The notes: generated by a model not told the origin, from the letters alone. Positions 18,179 to 27,521 are shown, numbered from the stretch's first letter. The stretch is 64,000 bases of DNA from Acidobacteriota bacterium (GCA_039933635.1 JBDTNQ010000001.1:27967-91966), one strand, 5' to 3'. Made by a program: numbers and translations.

Positions 18179-18879
18179 CTGGGGAGCGGTTCCGGGGTTC
18201 CGGGGTTCTGAGGTTCTGGGGTCCGGTTCTGGGGTTCTGGGGTTCGGGTCTGGGGTTCCGGGCTCCGTCGCTGCAGATCCAAGGCGCCGGCCGACAAGAG
18301 ACGCGCGACGTACTTACCGAGTACGTCGACCTCGACGTTCACCGCATCGCCGGGCTCGGCCACGCCAAGCGATGTATGCGCGAACGTGAACGGGATGATC
18401 TGCACGGCAATCGTGCCCGGCGCCATCGCCGCGATGGTGAGGCTGATGCCGTCAATCGCAATAGAGCCCTTCAGCACGACCAGCGATTCCAGATCGGCGG
18501 GCAGATCGATGTCGATCCAGTGACTGTCCCCTTCCGGCCGAATCGAACGAATCACGCCGACACCGTCCACATGACCCAGCACGAAGTGGCCGCCCATTCG
18601 CGCGTCAGCGCGCAGCGGCCGTTCGAGGTTCACCACCTGTCCCACGCGCATGCCGCCGAGCGAGGTCGCCTGCAGCGTGGCCGGCCCGAGGTCCGCCGAA
18701 AAACCGTGTGCATCCGGATCGACGGCGGTGAGACACGTGCCGTTCACGGCGACGCTGTCGCCGGGGCGGATCTCGGCTGCCAGTGGCGTCGACACGCGCA
18801 GGCGGCCTCCCGCCGGTACCGCGTCGAGGGTCTCAATGCGCCCGATGGCTTCGATCAGTCCCGTGAACATCGAATTCAA
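18175..18879 (-). CDS. ribE: Riboflavin synthase alpha subunit with an unusual ~35-aa Pro/Glu/Gln-rich C-terminal tail
   Basis: MFTGLIEAIG..., duplicated lumazine-binding repeats. The tail RRSPEPQTRTPEPQNRTPEPQNPGTPEPLPR is encoded by the short-repeat tract at 18181..18258. Confidence 0.9.
   Translation of the reverse strand: MNSMFTGLIEAIGRIETLDAVPAGGRLRVSTPLAAEIRPGDSVAVNGTCLTAVDPDAHGFSADLGPATLQATSLGGMRVGQVVNLERPLRADARMGGHFVLGHVDGVGVIRSIRPEGDSHWIDIDLPADLESLVVLKGSIAIDGISLTIAAMAPGTIAVQIIPFTFAHTSLGVAEPGDAVNVEVDVLGKYVARLLSAGALDLQRRSPEPQTRTPEPQNRTPEPQNPGTPEPLPR
18181..18258. repeat. Degenerate G-rich short tandem repeat (GGGGTTCY / GGTTCTGR units)
   Basis: ggggagcggttccggggttccggggttctgaggttctggggtccggttctggggttctggggttcgggtctggggttccgggctc. 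The same unit family recurs at 21914..21950. Confidence 0.8.
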
Positions 18880-19942
18880 TCAGTAAGTCATCGCCGAGTT
18901 GCAGCGTGCGCGAGGGCCCGGCCGGCATGACACCGGGCCCGGAAGGCGTGAGAAGCGGCACACCGCTCCCCAACCGCTGCGGCGTCACGACCCATTGAGC
19001 CCGGTCGATCAACGCGGCCTCGGCGAACGCGGCGTGCAGCGCAGGGCCGCCCTCGACGAGCAACGACACAATCGGCCGCGCGCCAAGATAGGTCAGCACC
19101 TCGCGGAGGTCGCGCGTCTCGAACGCGGCAATCTCCACCCCCTGTCGCTGCAATTCATGGAAGTGCCCCGCCTGGCCGGCCAGCGTGCGAGCGGCTGTCA
19201 CCATTATGACTGGGCCCGCGGACTGCGTCGAGAACACGCGTGCCGTCGCAGGCACTCGCCCGCGCCAGTCGAAAATCACCCGTGTCAACGGCCTGAATCG
19301 ATAGGCCCCCCTCGCCGTCAGCAGCGGATCGTCCACGAGCACCGTGCCCGATCCGACCGCAATCGCGTCAATTTCGGCGCGTTGGCGGTGAAAATACCGG
19401 TCCGCCACCGGACCGGTGAGCCGGATACGGCCCGTGCGTTCGCCGACGAAACCGTCGAGCGACGTCGCGGCCTTCACCGTCACGAACGGGCGCTTGAGCG
19501 TGATCCACGTGAAGAACGCCGCGTGCTGCTCGCGCGCGGCTTCGCGCGCGACGTCCGAGGCAACATCGATGCCGCGCTCGCGGAGATAGGCGAAACCGCG
19601 GCCGGACACTTCGGGGTTCGGATCGCGCAGCGCCGCCACGACGCGAGCAATGCCCGCCGCAGCAATGCGCTCGACACACGGCCCGGTGCGCCCCGTGTGC
19701 GAGCACGGCTCGAGCGTGCAGTAGAGCGTGGCGCCATCGGCGAGCGCCCCGGCCGCGTCGAGCGCCATCACCTCGGCGTGCGCCCCGCCGGCTGGCTGCG
19801 TCGTGCCCTGGCCTACGACAATGCCGTCGCGCGTTACGACGACGGCGCCCACGTTGGGATTCGGACTCGTACGCCCCCGGCCACGCTCGCCCCAGAAGAG
19901 CGCGCGCTCCATGAACGCGTGATCGTCCGCGCGTGTCACCAC
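18833..19942 (-). CDS. ribD: Bifunctional riboflavin biosynthesis deaminase/reductase
   Basis: CMP/dCMP deaminase zinc motif HAEVMAL...TLEPCSHTGRTGPC, plus a C-terminal RibD reductase domain. Confidence 0.9.
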   Translation of the reverse strand: MVTRADDHAFMERALFWGERGRGRTSPNPNVGAVVVTRDGIVVGQGTTQPAGGAHAEVMALDAAGALADGATLYCTLEPCSHTGRTGPCVERIAAAGIARVVAALRDPNPEVSGRGFAYLRERGIDVASDVAREAAREQHAAFFTWITLKRPFVTVKAATSLDGFVGERTGRIRLTGPVADRYFHRQRAEIDAIAVGSGTVLVDDPLLTARGAYRFRPLTRVIFDWRGRVPATARVFSTQSAGPVIMVTAARTLAGQAGHFHELQRQGVEIAAFETRDLREVLTYLGARPIVSLLVEGGPALHAAFAEAALIDRAQWVVTPQRLGSGVPLLTPSGPGVMPAGPSRTLQLGDDLLIEFDVHGTDRSHRAH

Positions 19943-20871
19943 TTCTCGGTGAACAGGGCGTCGACGTAGGCGTCGGCGTCGAAGGGCAGCAGGTCGTCAA
20001 TGGCCTCGCCCACGCCAATGAAGCGAATCGGCAGCTTCAGGTCGTTGGCAATCGCCACCGCTACGCCACCCTTGGCGGTGCCGTCGAGCTTCGTGAGCAC
20101 GATGCCGTTGGCGCCGCTGGCGGCCATGAACTCGCGCGCCTGGACCAGGCCGTTCTGGCCCACGGTCGCGTCGAGCACCAGCAACACCTCGTGCGGGGCG
20201 CCCGGCACCTCGCGGCCAACGATGCGGCGGATCTTATCGAGCTCCGCCATCAGGTTCGCCCGCGTGTGCAGCCGTCCAGCCGTGTCCACCAACACCAAAT
20301 CCTTGCCGCGCGCCTTTGCGGCCGACACGGCATCAAAGGTAACCGCGGCCGGATCGGAGCCGGCTTGCGCCCGGATCAGATCGACGCCCGCTCGCGACGT
20401 CCACACCGCCAACTGCTCGACCGCCGCCGCGCGGAACGTATCGGCCGCGCAAACCATGACGGAACGGCCTTCCTGGCGGTACAAATTCGCCAGCTTCCCG
20501 ACCGTCGTCGTCTTACCCGTGCCGTTGACGCCGACGATGAGCACGACGTGCGGCGTGACCGTGACGGCGGGCGCCGGCTGCACGTCGGTCAGAATCTTCC
20601 GCATGATGCGCACGACACGGTCGCGCAGCGACCCGTCGCGATCGCGGCGAACGGCCTCGAGAATCCGCTCCGTCGCGCTGAGTCCGACGTCAGCTGTCAG
20701 CAGGGCGTCCTCGAGCGCGTCGAGCGTGTCGAGGTTGAGCGGCCGCCCGGCCACGGGAGGCGCCGCAACCGCCGTGGCGGATGGCGATCCGTCGGCGCCC
20801 GCCATTCGCTCACGAATCTGCGTGGCGGTCTTGGCGAGTCCAGCTTTGATGCGCGAAAAGAGCGACGCCAT
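19936..20871 (-). CDS. ftsY: Signal recognition particle receptor FtsY
   Basis: GVNGTGKTTTVGKLA, DTAGRLH, TKLDGTAKGG. Confidence 0.95.
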   Translation of the reverse strand: MASLFSRIKAGLAKTATQIRERMAGADGSPSATAVAAPPVAGRPLNLDTLDALEDALLTADVGLSATERILEAVRRDRDGSLRDRVVRIMRKILTDVQPAPAVTVTPHVVLIVGVNGTGKTTTVGKLANLYRQEGRSVMVCAADTFRAAAVEQLAVWTSRAGVDLIRAQAGSDPAAVTFDAVSAAKARGKDLVLVDTAGRLHTRANLMAELDKIRRIVGREVPGAPHEVLLVLDATVGQNGLVQAREFMAASGANGIVLTKLDGTAKGGVAVAIANDLKLPIRFIGVGEAIDDLLPFDADAYVDALFTEKW

Positions 20872-20873
20872 GC

Positions 20874-21890
20874 TTACTCGGTCTCCAGTTCGTCGCGCTG
20901 CGGACGCAGCATCAGGCAGCCCACGGCCTCGCGCGGTGTGCGGCGGCCGGCCAGGACTTCGGCCATCTGCGCGGCAATGGGCAACTCGACGCCGTGCGCG
21001 GCGCCAAGCGCGAGTGCGGCCGACGTCGTGCGCACGCCCTCCGCGACCATGCGCATGCTCGACAACACCGAATCGAGCGATCGGCCGTGCCCGAGTTCCA
21101 CACCCACATGCCGGTTGCGGCTCAGCGTGCCCGTGCAGGTCAGCACGAGATCACCGAGACCGCTGAGGCCCGCGAGCGTCTCACGTCGGCCGCCCATCGC
21201 ACAGGCCAGCCGCGACATCTCCGCCAGGCCGCGCGTGATCAGCGCCGCCAGAGCGTTGTGGCCGAGCTCCAGCGATTCGACCACACCCGCGGCAATCGCG
21301 ATGATGTTCTTGAGGGCCGCTCCCAGTTCCACGCCTGCCACATCGTCGGACGCGTAGAGGCGTACGGAAGCGCCGCGAAATTCTTCCTGGACAGCGCGGA
21401 CAGCGGTTTCGTCCGCCGAGGCCGCCACCAAGGCAGTGGGACAGCCACGGGCGACCTCCGACGCAAAGCTCGGCCCCGACAACACGACGACGGGATGACG
21501 ATGGCCGGTCTCCTGGCGGATGACGTCAGACATGCGCTCGAGCGTGTCGGTCTCGAGCCCTTTGGTCGCGCTGACGAAGACGGCGTCGGGCGATGCTCCA
21601 GGGGCCGCGGCGCGGACGACCTCACGTAGTCCGTGCGACGGGACGGCCACGATCACGTAGCGCGCCCCGCTGAGGGCGCACCCAAGATCGGCCACCGGGG
21701 TCACCAGATCGGGAAGAGAGATGCCCGGTAAGTAGGTGCGATTGGCGCGGTGAGCGGCCAACTCCGCGACGAGCGTCGCATCACGTCCCCACAACGAGAC
21801 TTCCCGTCCGACACCGCCCAGGTGGACCGCAAGGGCTGTGCCCCAACTCCCCGCGCCCAGTACCGCGGCACGATTGCTCGAAGAAGACAT
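20874..21890 (-). CDS. gpsA: NAD(P)H-dependent glycerol-3-phosphate dehydrogenase
   Basis: VLGAGSWGTALA..., ...NRTYLPG..., LKNIIAIAAG. Confidence 0.95.
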   Translation of the reverse strand: MSSSSNRAAVLGAGSWGTALAVHLGGVGREVSLWGRDATLVAELAAHRANRTYLPGISLPDLVTPVADLGCALSGARYVIVAVPSHGLREVVRAAAPGASPDAVFVSATKGLETDTLERMSDVIRQETGHRHPVVVLSGPSFASEVARGCPTALVAASADETAVRAVQEEFRGASVRLYASDDVAGVELGAALKNIIAIAAGVVESLELGHNALAALITRGLAEMSRLACAMGGRRETLAGLSGLGDLVLTCTGTLSRNRHVGVELGHGRSLDSVLSSMRMVAEGVRTTSAALALGAAHGVELPIAAQMAEVLAGRRTPREAVGCLMLRPQRDELETE

Positions 21891-21913
21891 TCGATGTTGA
21901 TTCTAGCGTTTCA

Positions 21914-21950
21914 GGGTTCTGAGGTTCTGAGGTTCGGTTCTGGGTTCTGA
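21914..21950. repeat. GGTTCTGR short tandem repeat, second locus
   Basis: gggttctgaggttctgaggttcggttctgggttctga, immediately upstream of the gpsA start codon. Confidence 0.75.
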
Positions 21951-22004
21951 AGCCGCACCACGGGACGAGGAGCCTCGGGACCAGGGACGACGGAACCGGG
22001 ATTC

Positions 22005-22066
22005 GTCCCCCGGTCCCCCCGTCCCCTGGTCCCCTGGTCCCCTGGTCCCCGGTCCCCTGGTCCCCT
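22005..22066. repeat. (GGTCCCCT)n tandem repeat, about 7 units, abutting the stop of the Spy-like gene
   Basis: gtcccccggtccccccgtcccctggtcccctggtcccctggtccccggtcccctggtcccct. The complementary segment gggaccagggacgacggaaccggg at 21977..22000 allows a long imperfect hairpin. Confidence 0.8.
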
Positions 22067-22622
22067 ATCCCGCCTTGGGCGGCGGCATCGCCCGTCGTCC
22101 GCGCGGCCCGGCGCCGATCGCCCCGCGAGGCGTGGCCCGCATCTGCATCCGCTGCTCGGGCGTCAGCAGGCCGGCGATCGATGTGCGAGCCTTCAGACGA
22201 ATTTCACTGACCTGCTTCTGCAGCGAGTCGACCTTGGCGGAGAGGTCCTTGATTTTGCCGCCGTCTCGATTGTCCGCGAAGATCTCGCGCCGCAGCTCCT
22301 TGCGGGCGAGCTGTAATTGATCGACAACGGGCGCCGCCTCGTCGCGCGACTTCAATAGAATGCCGCGGGCCTGCGTGCGCTGGTTGTCGCTCAGGTCGAG
22401 GCCGCCGAGCTGCCCGCCTCGGCCGAACCGCCCGCCCCTGGCGCCAGGTCCAGGTCTGCCGGGACGGCCGACTCTCCCGGGTCCGCCATCTCCGCCGGGC
22501 TGACCCGCTCGTGGAGCCCCGCTTCCTTCCGGCGGTCCCCCGCCCCGCTGGGCGAACCCCGTCCCAGCCGCCATCGCCACCGCCATCGTCGTGGCCAACA
22601 TCATCATGAGGAGCTTGCGCAT
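22065..22622 (-). CDS. Periplasmic Spy/CpxP-family (LTXXQ) protein
   Basis: ATG at 22622 gives MRKLLMMMLATTMAVAMAAGTGFA (signal peptide). A Gly/Pro-rich linker follows. LTXXQ-type motifs LDLSDNQ and LLTPEQRMQ. Confidence 0.7.
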   Translation of the reverse strand: MRKLLMMMLATTMAVAMAAGTGFAQRGGGPPEGSGAPRAGQPGGDGGPGRVGRPGRPGPGARGGRFGRGGQLGGLDLSDNQRTQARGILLKSRDEAAPVVDQLQLARKELRREIFADNRDGGKIKDLSAKVDSLQKQVSEIRLKARTSIAGLLTPEQRMQMRATPRGAIGAGPRGRRAMPPPKAG

Positions 22623-22879
22623 ATGAGCCTCCCTTTCCGTATAACCAGGCCGCACAAACGACCTGTTACTGAGTTAGACCGACCGGCTGATCGCGGGTTG
22701 CACACGGAGCTGTGACGAGACGGTGAAGTTCCCCTGTCCTTGCCTGTCACGGCCCCATTGCAGAATCGACCATACCGGCCGAAGCGGGTGGCAAAATTTG
22801 CAACGGTTATCGGCACGAGGCGAAAGTCCGATCGAACGCTAAGGTGTTGGTTCATAAAAGGATACAGACACATGACGAG

Positions 22880-22908
22880 CCATTTTCGCTTGACAGAAAC
22901 CTGGCACG
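22880..22908 (+). promoter_or_regulatory. Sigma-70-type promoter upstream of recA
   Basis: TTGACA (22880..22885), a 17-nt spacer, then TAGAAT (22903..22908). It lies about 65 nt upstream of the recA ATG, which has an AAGGAG Shine-Dalgarno sequence. Confidence 0.5.
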
Positions 22909-22973
22909 CTCCTAGAATCGCGTTCGGTCCGGCGAGCGTTGCCCCTTTCGGCGGCGCGGCATCAAGGAGTCAC

Positions 22974-24017
22974 ATGGCAGCACCAGCAGAACGCACCGAA
23001 CGGGAAGACCGGACAGACAAGGAACGCCTCAAGGCCGTCGAGATCGCCTTCGGACAAATCGAGAAGCAGTTCGGCAAGGGCTCGATCATGCGGCTCGGCG
23101 GCAAGGACATTCAGCCGATTCCGGCGATCTCCACGGGGTCGATCAGCATCGACTGGGCCCTGGGCGTGGGCGGCCTGCCACGCGGGCGGGTGATTGAGAT
23201 TTTCGGACCCGAGTCGTCGGGCAAGACGACGCTCGCGCTTCAGGCCATCGCGCAGGCGCAGAAACTCGGGGGGGTGGCGGCGTTCATCGACGCTGAACAC
23301 GCGCTCGACGCGCAGTACGCGCAGAAGCTCGGCGTCGACCTCGACAACCTGCTCGTGTCGCAGCCGGACAATGGCGAACAGGCGCTCGAGATTACCGAAG
23401 TCCTCATCCGCTCCAATGGTGTGGACGTCGTGGTCGTCGACTCGGTGGCCGCGCTTGTGCCGCGCGCGGAAATCGAAGGCGAGATGGGTGAAGCGCAGAT
23501 GGGTCTGCAGGCGCGCCTGATGTCGCAGGCGCTTCGGAAACTCACCGGTGTGGTGGCGAAGTCGAAGACGTGCCTCATCTTCATCAACCAGTTACGCGAG
23601 AAGATTGGCGTGATGTTCGGCAATCCGGAGACGACCACCGGCGGCCGCGCGCTCAAGTTCTACTCGTCGGTGCGCGTCGACATCCGGCGGATTGGCGCCA
23701 TCAAGGATGGCGAGACGATGGTCGGAGGCCGCACGCGGGTGAAGATCGTCAAGAACAAGGTGGCGCCCCCGTTCCGCGAGGCCGAGTTCGACATCATGTA
23801 CGGCGAGGGGGTCTCGCGCGAGGGAGACCTGCTGGATCAGGGCGTGGAGCATAAGATCGTCGAGAAGAGCGGGACTTGGTTCTCCTACGGCGGCGAGCGG
23901 CTCGGGCAAGGACGCGAAAACTCCAAGACGTTCCTCAAGCAGAACCCCGCGATGGCGGCCGACATCGAGCAGAAGTTGCGCAAGGAAATGGGCCTGCCCC
24001 CCGCGAACCAGGAATAG
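22974..24017 (+). CDS. recA: Recombinase RecA
   Basis: ATG at 22974 (M79 of the ORF). [57 protein letters not shown]. Confidence 0.95.
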   Translation: MAAPAERTEREDRTDKERLKAVEIAFGQIEKQFGKGSIMRLGGKDIQPIPAISTGSISIDWALGVGGLPRGRVIEIFGPESSGKTTLALQAIAQAQKLGGVAAFIDAEHALDAQYAQKLGVDLDNLLVSQPDNGEQALEITEVLIRSNGVDVVVVDSVAALVPRAEIEGEMGEAQMGLQARLMSQALRKLTGVVAKSKTCLIFINQLREKIGVMFGNPETTTGGRALKFYSSVRVDIRRIGAIKDGETMVGGRTRVKIVKNKVAPPFREAEFDIMYGEGVSREGDLLDQGVEHKIVEKSGTWFSYGGERLGQGRENSKTFLKQNPAMAADIEQKLRKEMGLPPANQE

Positions 24018-24038
24018 GACGCGTGCCGGCGCGCGTCC
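24017..24038. terminator. GC-rich hairpin between convergent recA and a small gene
   Basis: GGACGCG tgccggcg CGCGTCC, starting at the recA stop. No U-tract. Confidence 0.3.
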
Positions 24039-24063
24039 ACCCGGGACGCGCGCCGCGAGCACG

Positions 24064-24216
24064 TCAACCGTGCTGCTTGAAGTACTGCACTTCCCGTTCG
24101 TGCTTTTCCGCCGCCTCGCGCGTCTGGAACGTCCCGAGATTCCGCCGGCGTTTCGTAATCGGGTTCACCTTGCGCGAGTACAGCCGATACCGCCCGGTTG
24201 AGAGCTTGCGGATCAT
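24064..24216 (-). CDS. Small basic conserved hypothetical protein (50 aa)
   Basis: ATG at 24216 is preceded by GGAGGAG at 5 nt. Sequence MIRKLSTGRYRLYSRKVNPITKRRRNLGTFQTREAAEKHEREVQYFKQHG. Confidence 0.55.
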   Translation of the reverse strand: MIRKLSTGRYRLYSRKVNPITKRRRNLGTFQTREAAEKHEREVQYFKQHG

Positions 24217-24302
24217 TGCCACTCCTCCTGTTGTCCGCCGGGCAGTGCAAACACGATGCCTGCGCGGCGGATCAGCGCGGCGTGCCATGATTCGGCCTGT
24301 CC

Positions 24303-25307
24303 ATGGCCCTGCGGCACACTTTCACACCTCCGTTCGCCATCCCGGCCAGCCGACGCGCCTGGGCGACGCGACGCCTGCAGATCAAGCGGCAGCTGTGGGA
24401 CCTGCTCGGCGATCTGCCGCCACGCCCCGTCACGCCCCGCGTCAGAACCCAGTCCCGACAGCGGCATGACGGCTACACACTCGAGCGCTTCACCCTCGAG
24501 AACGGTTCGGGTGTGGCCGTGCCGGGCTGCCTCCTGCTGCCGGAGGGCGCCACCGCCCGCCGGCCCGTGCCGGCCATCCTGTATCACCACTGGCATGGCG
24601 GCGAGTACGCGATCGGCAAAGAGGCGCTGTTCCAGCGAACGCACACACCCGTGGCCCCCGGTCCGGCCCTGGCGAGGCGAGGCTACGCGGTGCTCTGTAT
24701 CGATGCGTACGGATTCGGCGAGCGCCAGGGACGAGGCCCGGGCGGGACGAGGGAACGCGGCCTGGCGGAGGAACTCAGCGCGAGCAAGCTGCAGCTCTGG
24801 CTGGGACGATCGCTGTGGGGAATGATTGTCCGAGATGACGTGATCGCGCTCGACTACCTGGCGTCACGAGGAGATATCGACGCCCGCCGCATCGGCGCCG
24901 CCGGCATCAGCATGGGGGCCACGCGCACGTGGTGGTTGATGGCCCTCGACGAACGCGTCGCCGCGGGCGTCTCCATCGCGTGCCTCACGCGTTACCAGAA
25001 CCTCATCGCGCACGAGGCCCTCTCCGCGCACGGCATCTACTACTACGTGCCTGGCATGCTCCGGCACTTCGACACCGAGGCCGTGGTGTCCACGATTGCG
25101 CCGCGGCCGGCGCTCTTCCTGAACGGCGATCGCGACGCCGGCTCTCCTGCCGATGGCATTCGCGCGATCGCATCCGTCGCGCGCCGCGTCTACCGGCTCT
25201 ACGACCGGCCTCGCCATTTTCACAGTCGCATCTATCCGGGCGTCGGACATGCTTGCACCAATGACATGTGGGCACGGACGATGAGCTGGTTGGAGAGATT
25301 TGTGTGA
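24303..25307 (+). CDS. Alpha/beta hydrolase (dienelactone hydrolase / acetyl-xylan-esterase-like)
   Basis: Nucleophile elbow GISMG; overall alpha/beta hydrolase layout with a C-terminal GVGH. Confidence 0.65.
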   Translation: MALRHTFTPPFAIPASRRAWATRRLQIKRQLWDLLGDLPPRPVTPRVRTQSRQRHDGYTLERFTLENGSGVAVPGCLLLPEGATARRPVPAILYHHWHGGEYAIGKEALFQRTHTPVAPGPALARRGYAVLCIDAYGFGERQGRGPGGTRERGLAEELSASKLQLWLGRSLWGMIVRDDVIALDYLASRGDIDARRIGAAGISMGATRTWWLMALDERVAAGVSIACLTRYQNLIAHEALSAHGIYYYVPGMLRHFDTEAVVSTIAPRPALFLNGDRDAGSPADGIRAIASVARRVYRLYDRPRHFHSRIYPGVGHACTNDMWARTMSWLERFV

Positions 25308-25329
25308 GCCCGGACTGTCGTTCGGAGTT

Positions 25330-26748
25330 CTAGCTTCCGACGACCGGCAGCCAATCGGCTGGCTGCTCCAATGACGATTCGAACCAGTCGGCCAGCGCGG
25401 AATAGGTCGCGGCCTTTGATGGCGCGGAAGGCAGCGTCACCCCGAACAGCTCCTGACATACCGCGGGGCTTTCCAGCGCTCCATGAAGATAGGTGCCGTA
25501 CACGCGACCGTACCGTGCACCATCCACCGAGCCATCATCGAACCGCGCGAATGGCAACGTGGGCTCTCGTGACGTCGTCACGCCCAGGTGAATCTCGTAG
25601 GCGTCGAACTCGGCGCCCCGTGGTGTCACGGCGCGACGCACGCGCGTCACCTTGTCGGGCGCGAGCGTTGTCTCCACGGGCAGCAGACCGAGCCCGGCAG
25701 CCTCGCCGCCTGAGGATTCCACGCCATCGGGGTCACGCACCCTCTCGCCCAGAATCTGGAATCCCCCGCAGATGCCGATGATGGTCGCACCGCGTCTGTG
25801 TTGCGCACGGACCCATTCGTCCAGACCTTGAACGCGCAACCACGCCAGCGCGCCCATCGTGTCCTTCGTCCCCGGGAGGATGACGAAGTCGTACTGTCTC
25901 GCGACGGCCGCCGTGACCCAGTCAGCCCACGACAGGCGCGAGAAGTCGGTCCCATTGGACAAGGACGGAAGCTGCACGATCGCGATCGACGCGCCGGCAG
26001 GCACCTCACCGAGGCGCGTGGTCGAGGTCGCCAGGCTGTCCTCGGCGTCAAGGGCCAGTCCGTCCGCGTACGGCCACACACCGAGGCACCGTGCCCCGCA
26101 GCGTTCCTGCAACAACAACTGGCCCTCATCGAAGAGCGACCGATCGCCGCGGAACTTGTTGACCATGACGCCGCGAAAGAGTCGGCGTTCGTCGGCATCG
26201 CACAAGGCCAGCGTGCCCGCGACAGACGCAAACACACCGCCGCGTTCGATATCCGCCACGAGCACCCACGGCGCCTCGAGCGCCTTGACGAGTTCGAGGT
26301 TCACCACATCGTGCGCCCGCAGGTTCAACTCACTAACGCTGCCCGCACCTTCGATGACCACGACGTCGAAACGTGAGGCCAACGAGTGATACGCCTCCAG
26401 CACCCTCTGCCGAAGCACGGACGTTTCTCGGTAGTAGCCACGCGCACGGAGCGTCTTCCAGACCCTGCCGCGAACAATCACCTGGCTCGTGCCGTCAGTG
26501 TTGGGCTTTAGCAGAATCGGGTTCATCGCCGATTCGGGCATCAACCCGCACGCCTCCGCTTGCGCCACCTGCGCGCGACCGATCTCTCCCCCATCCGCAC
26601 ACGGATACGAATGGTTCGACATCGTCTGCGCCTTGAACGGCGCGACTCGAATCCCCTTGCGGCGCAACGAGGCGCAAATGGCGGTCGCCACCCAGCTCTT
26701 GCCCGCGTTGGAGCTCGTGCCACCGATGAACAGAGGCTGCGCGCTCAT
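25330..26748 (-). CDS. cobQ: Cobyric acid synthase
   Basis: ATG at 26748 (M27 of the ORF), ATGA overlap with the upstream ABC ATPase. LFIGGTSSNAGKSWVATAIC, plus a C-terminal GATase domain (IGICGGFQILG). Confidence 0.9.
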   Translation of the reverse strand: MSAQPLFIGGTSSNAGKSWVATAICASLRRKGIRVAPFKAQTMSNHSYPCADGGEIGRAQVAQAEACGLMPESAMNPILLKPNTDGTSQVIVRGRVWKTLRARGYYRETSVLRQRVLEAYHSLASRFDVVVIEGAGSVSELNLRAHDVVNLELVKALEAPWVLVADIERGGVFASVAGTLALCDADERRLFRGVMVNKFRGDRSLFDEGQLLLQERCGARCLGVWPYADGLALDAEDSLATSTTRLGEVPAGASIAIVQLPSLSNGTDFSRLSWADWVTAAVARQYDFVILPGTKDTMGALAWLRVQGLDEWVRAQHRRGATIIGICGGFQILGERVRDPDGVESSGGEAAGLGLLPVETTLAPDKVTRVRRAVTPRGAEFDAYEIHLGVTTSREPTLPFARFDDGSVDGARYGRVYGTYLHGALESPAVCQELFGVTLPSAPSKAATYSALADWFESSLEQPADWLPVVGS

Positions 26749-27521
26749 GGACGATCGAAGATCAGCGTCGACTGACCGGAGGCGGCGCGCACGACCTCGG
26801 CCTGGACGGCAAACGTCGCCAGGCACGCCTTCGGGGTGAGCACGGATAACGGCGTGCCGCTGCCGACGACCTCGCCACGATGCAACAAGACCGCGTGTGT
26901 GGCGAACCTGAGGACCGCGGCGAGATCGTGCGTCGCCAACGCGACGGTCCGGCCGGTCTCGCTGAGCCTGCGACAGAGCACGAGCACGTTCAACGCGTGC
27001 TCCAGATCGAGGTGGGCCGTCGGCTCGTCGAGCAGGATGACGTCCGGTTCAGTCGCCAGGCACCGTGCAACCGCCACGCGCTGGCGCTCTCCGCCGGACA
27101 AGCAGTCGACAGTGCGTCCGCGAAGGTGATGAAGGTCACAAAGGGTAATGGCCGTTTCGACCGCTTCGCGATCGCGCGCGGCCGCCGGCGAGAATCGGCC
27201 TCGATGCGGATGTCTCCCCATCTCGACCACCTCCTCGACCGTGAAGGCGAAATCGCAGCGGGTGTCCTGCGGCAGGAACGACACACGCCGCGCGATGTCC
27301 CGGCGCGACATCTCGACAATCGGCGCGCCGTTGAGCCGCACCTCACCACCGTCGGCGCTCTTGAGGCCGCAGAGGGCACGAAGGAGCGTGCTCTTGCCGC
27401 TGCCGTTTGGGCCCACGATCGCGGTGAACCCTCCGCGAGCCAGGGACACGCTCACGTCGCGGAGTACCGTTCGTCCGCCCAGCGCCACGTGCAGATGGCG
27501 GCCTTCGAGGACGGCATTCAT
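26745..27521 (-). CDS. ABC transporter ATP-binding protein, FecE/BtuD type
   Basis: Walker A GPNGSGKST, signature LSGGERQR, Walker B ILLDEPT. Confidence 0.85.
   Translation of the reverse strand: MNAVLEGRHLHVALGGRTVLRDVSVSLARGGFTAIVGPNGSGKSTLLRALCGLKSADGGEVRLNGAPIVEMSRRDIARRVSFLPQDTRCDFAFTVEEVVEMGRHPHRGRFSPAAARDREAVETAITLCDLHHLRGRTVDCLSGGERQRVAVARCLATEPDVILLDEPTAHLDLEHALNVLVLCRRLSETGRTVALATHDLAAVLRFATHAVLLHRGEVVGSGTPLSVLTPKACLATFAVQAEVVRAASGQSTLIFDRP

Noticed and set aside
19943-20100. FMN riboswitch upstream of ribD
   Set aside because: The region is ftsY coding sequence, and no FMN-element core could be recognised.
22005-22066. Tandem repeats considered as a CRISPR array
   Set aside because: The units are 7-8 bp with no spacers, and no cas genes are in the window. 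This is a simple sequence repeat.
22789-22802. Sigma-54-like element TGGCAaaatTTGCA upstream of recA
   Set aside because: The GG-to-GC spacing is 10 nt rather than the 12 nt of the TGGCAC-N5-TTGCW consensus. A good sigma-70 promoter lies closer to recA.
22909-22973. LexA/SOS box in the recA leader (for example GTTCGGTCCGGCGAGCGTTG)
   Set aside because: I do not know the LexA operator for this lineage. The sequence fits neither CTGT-N8-ACAG nor GTTC-N7-GTTC, so there is no support from sequence alone.
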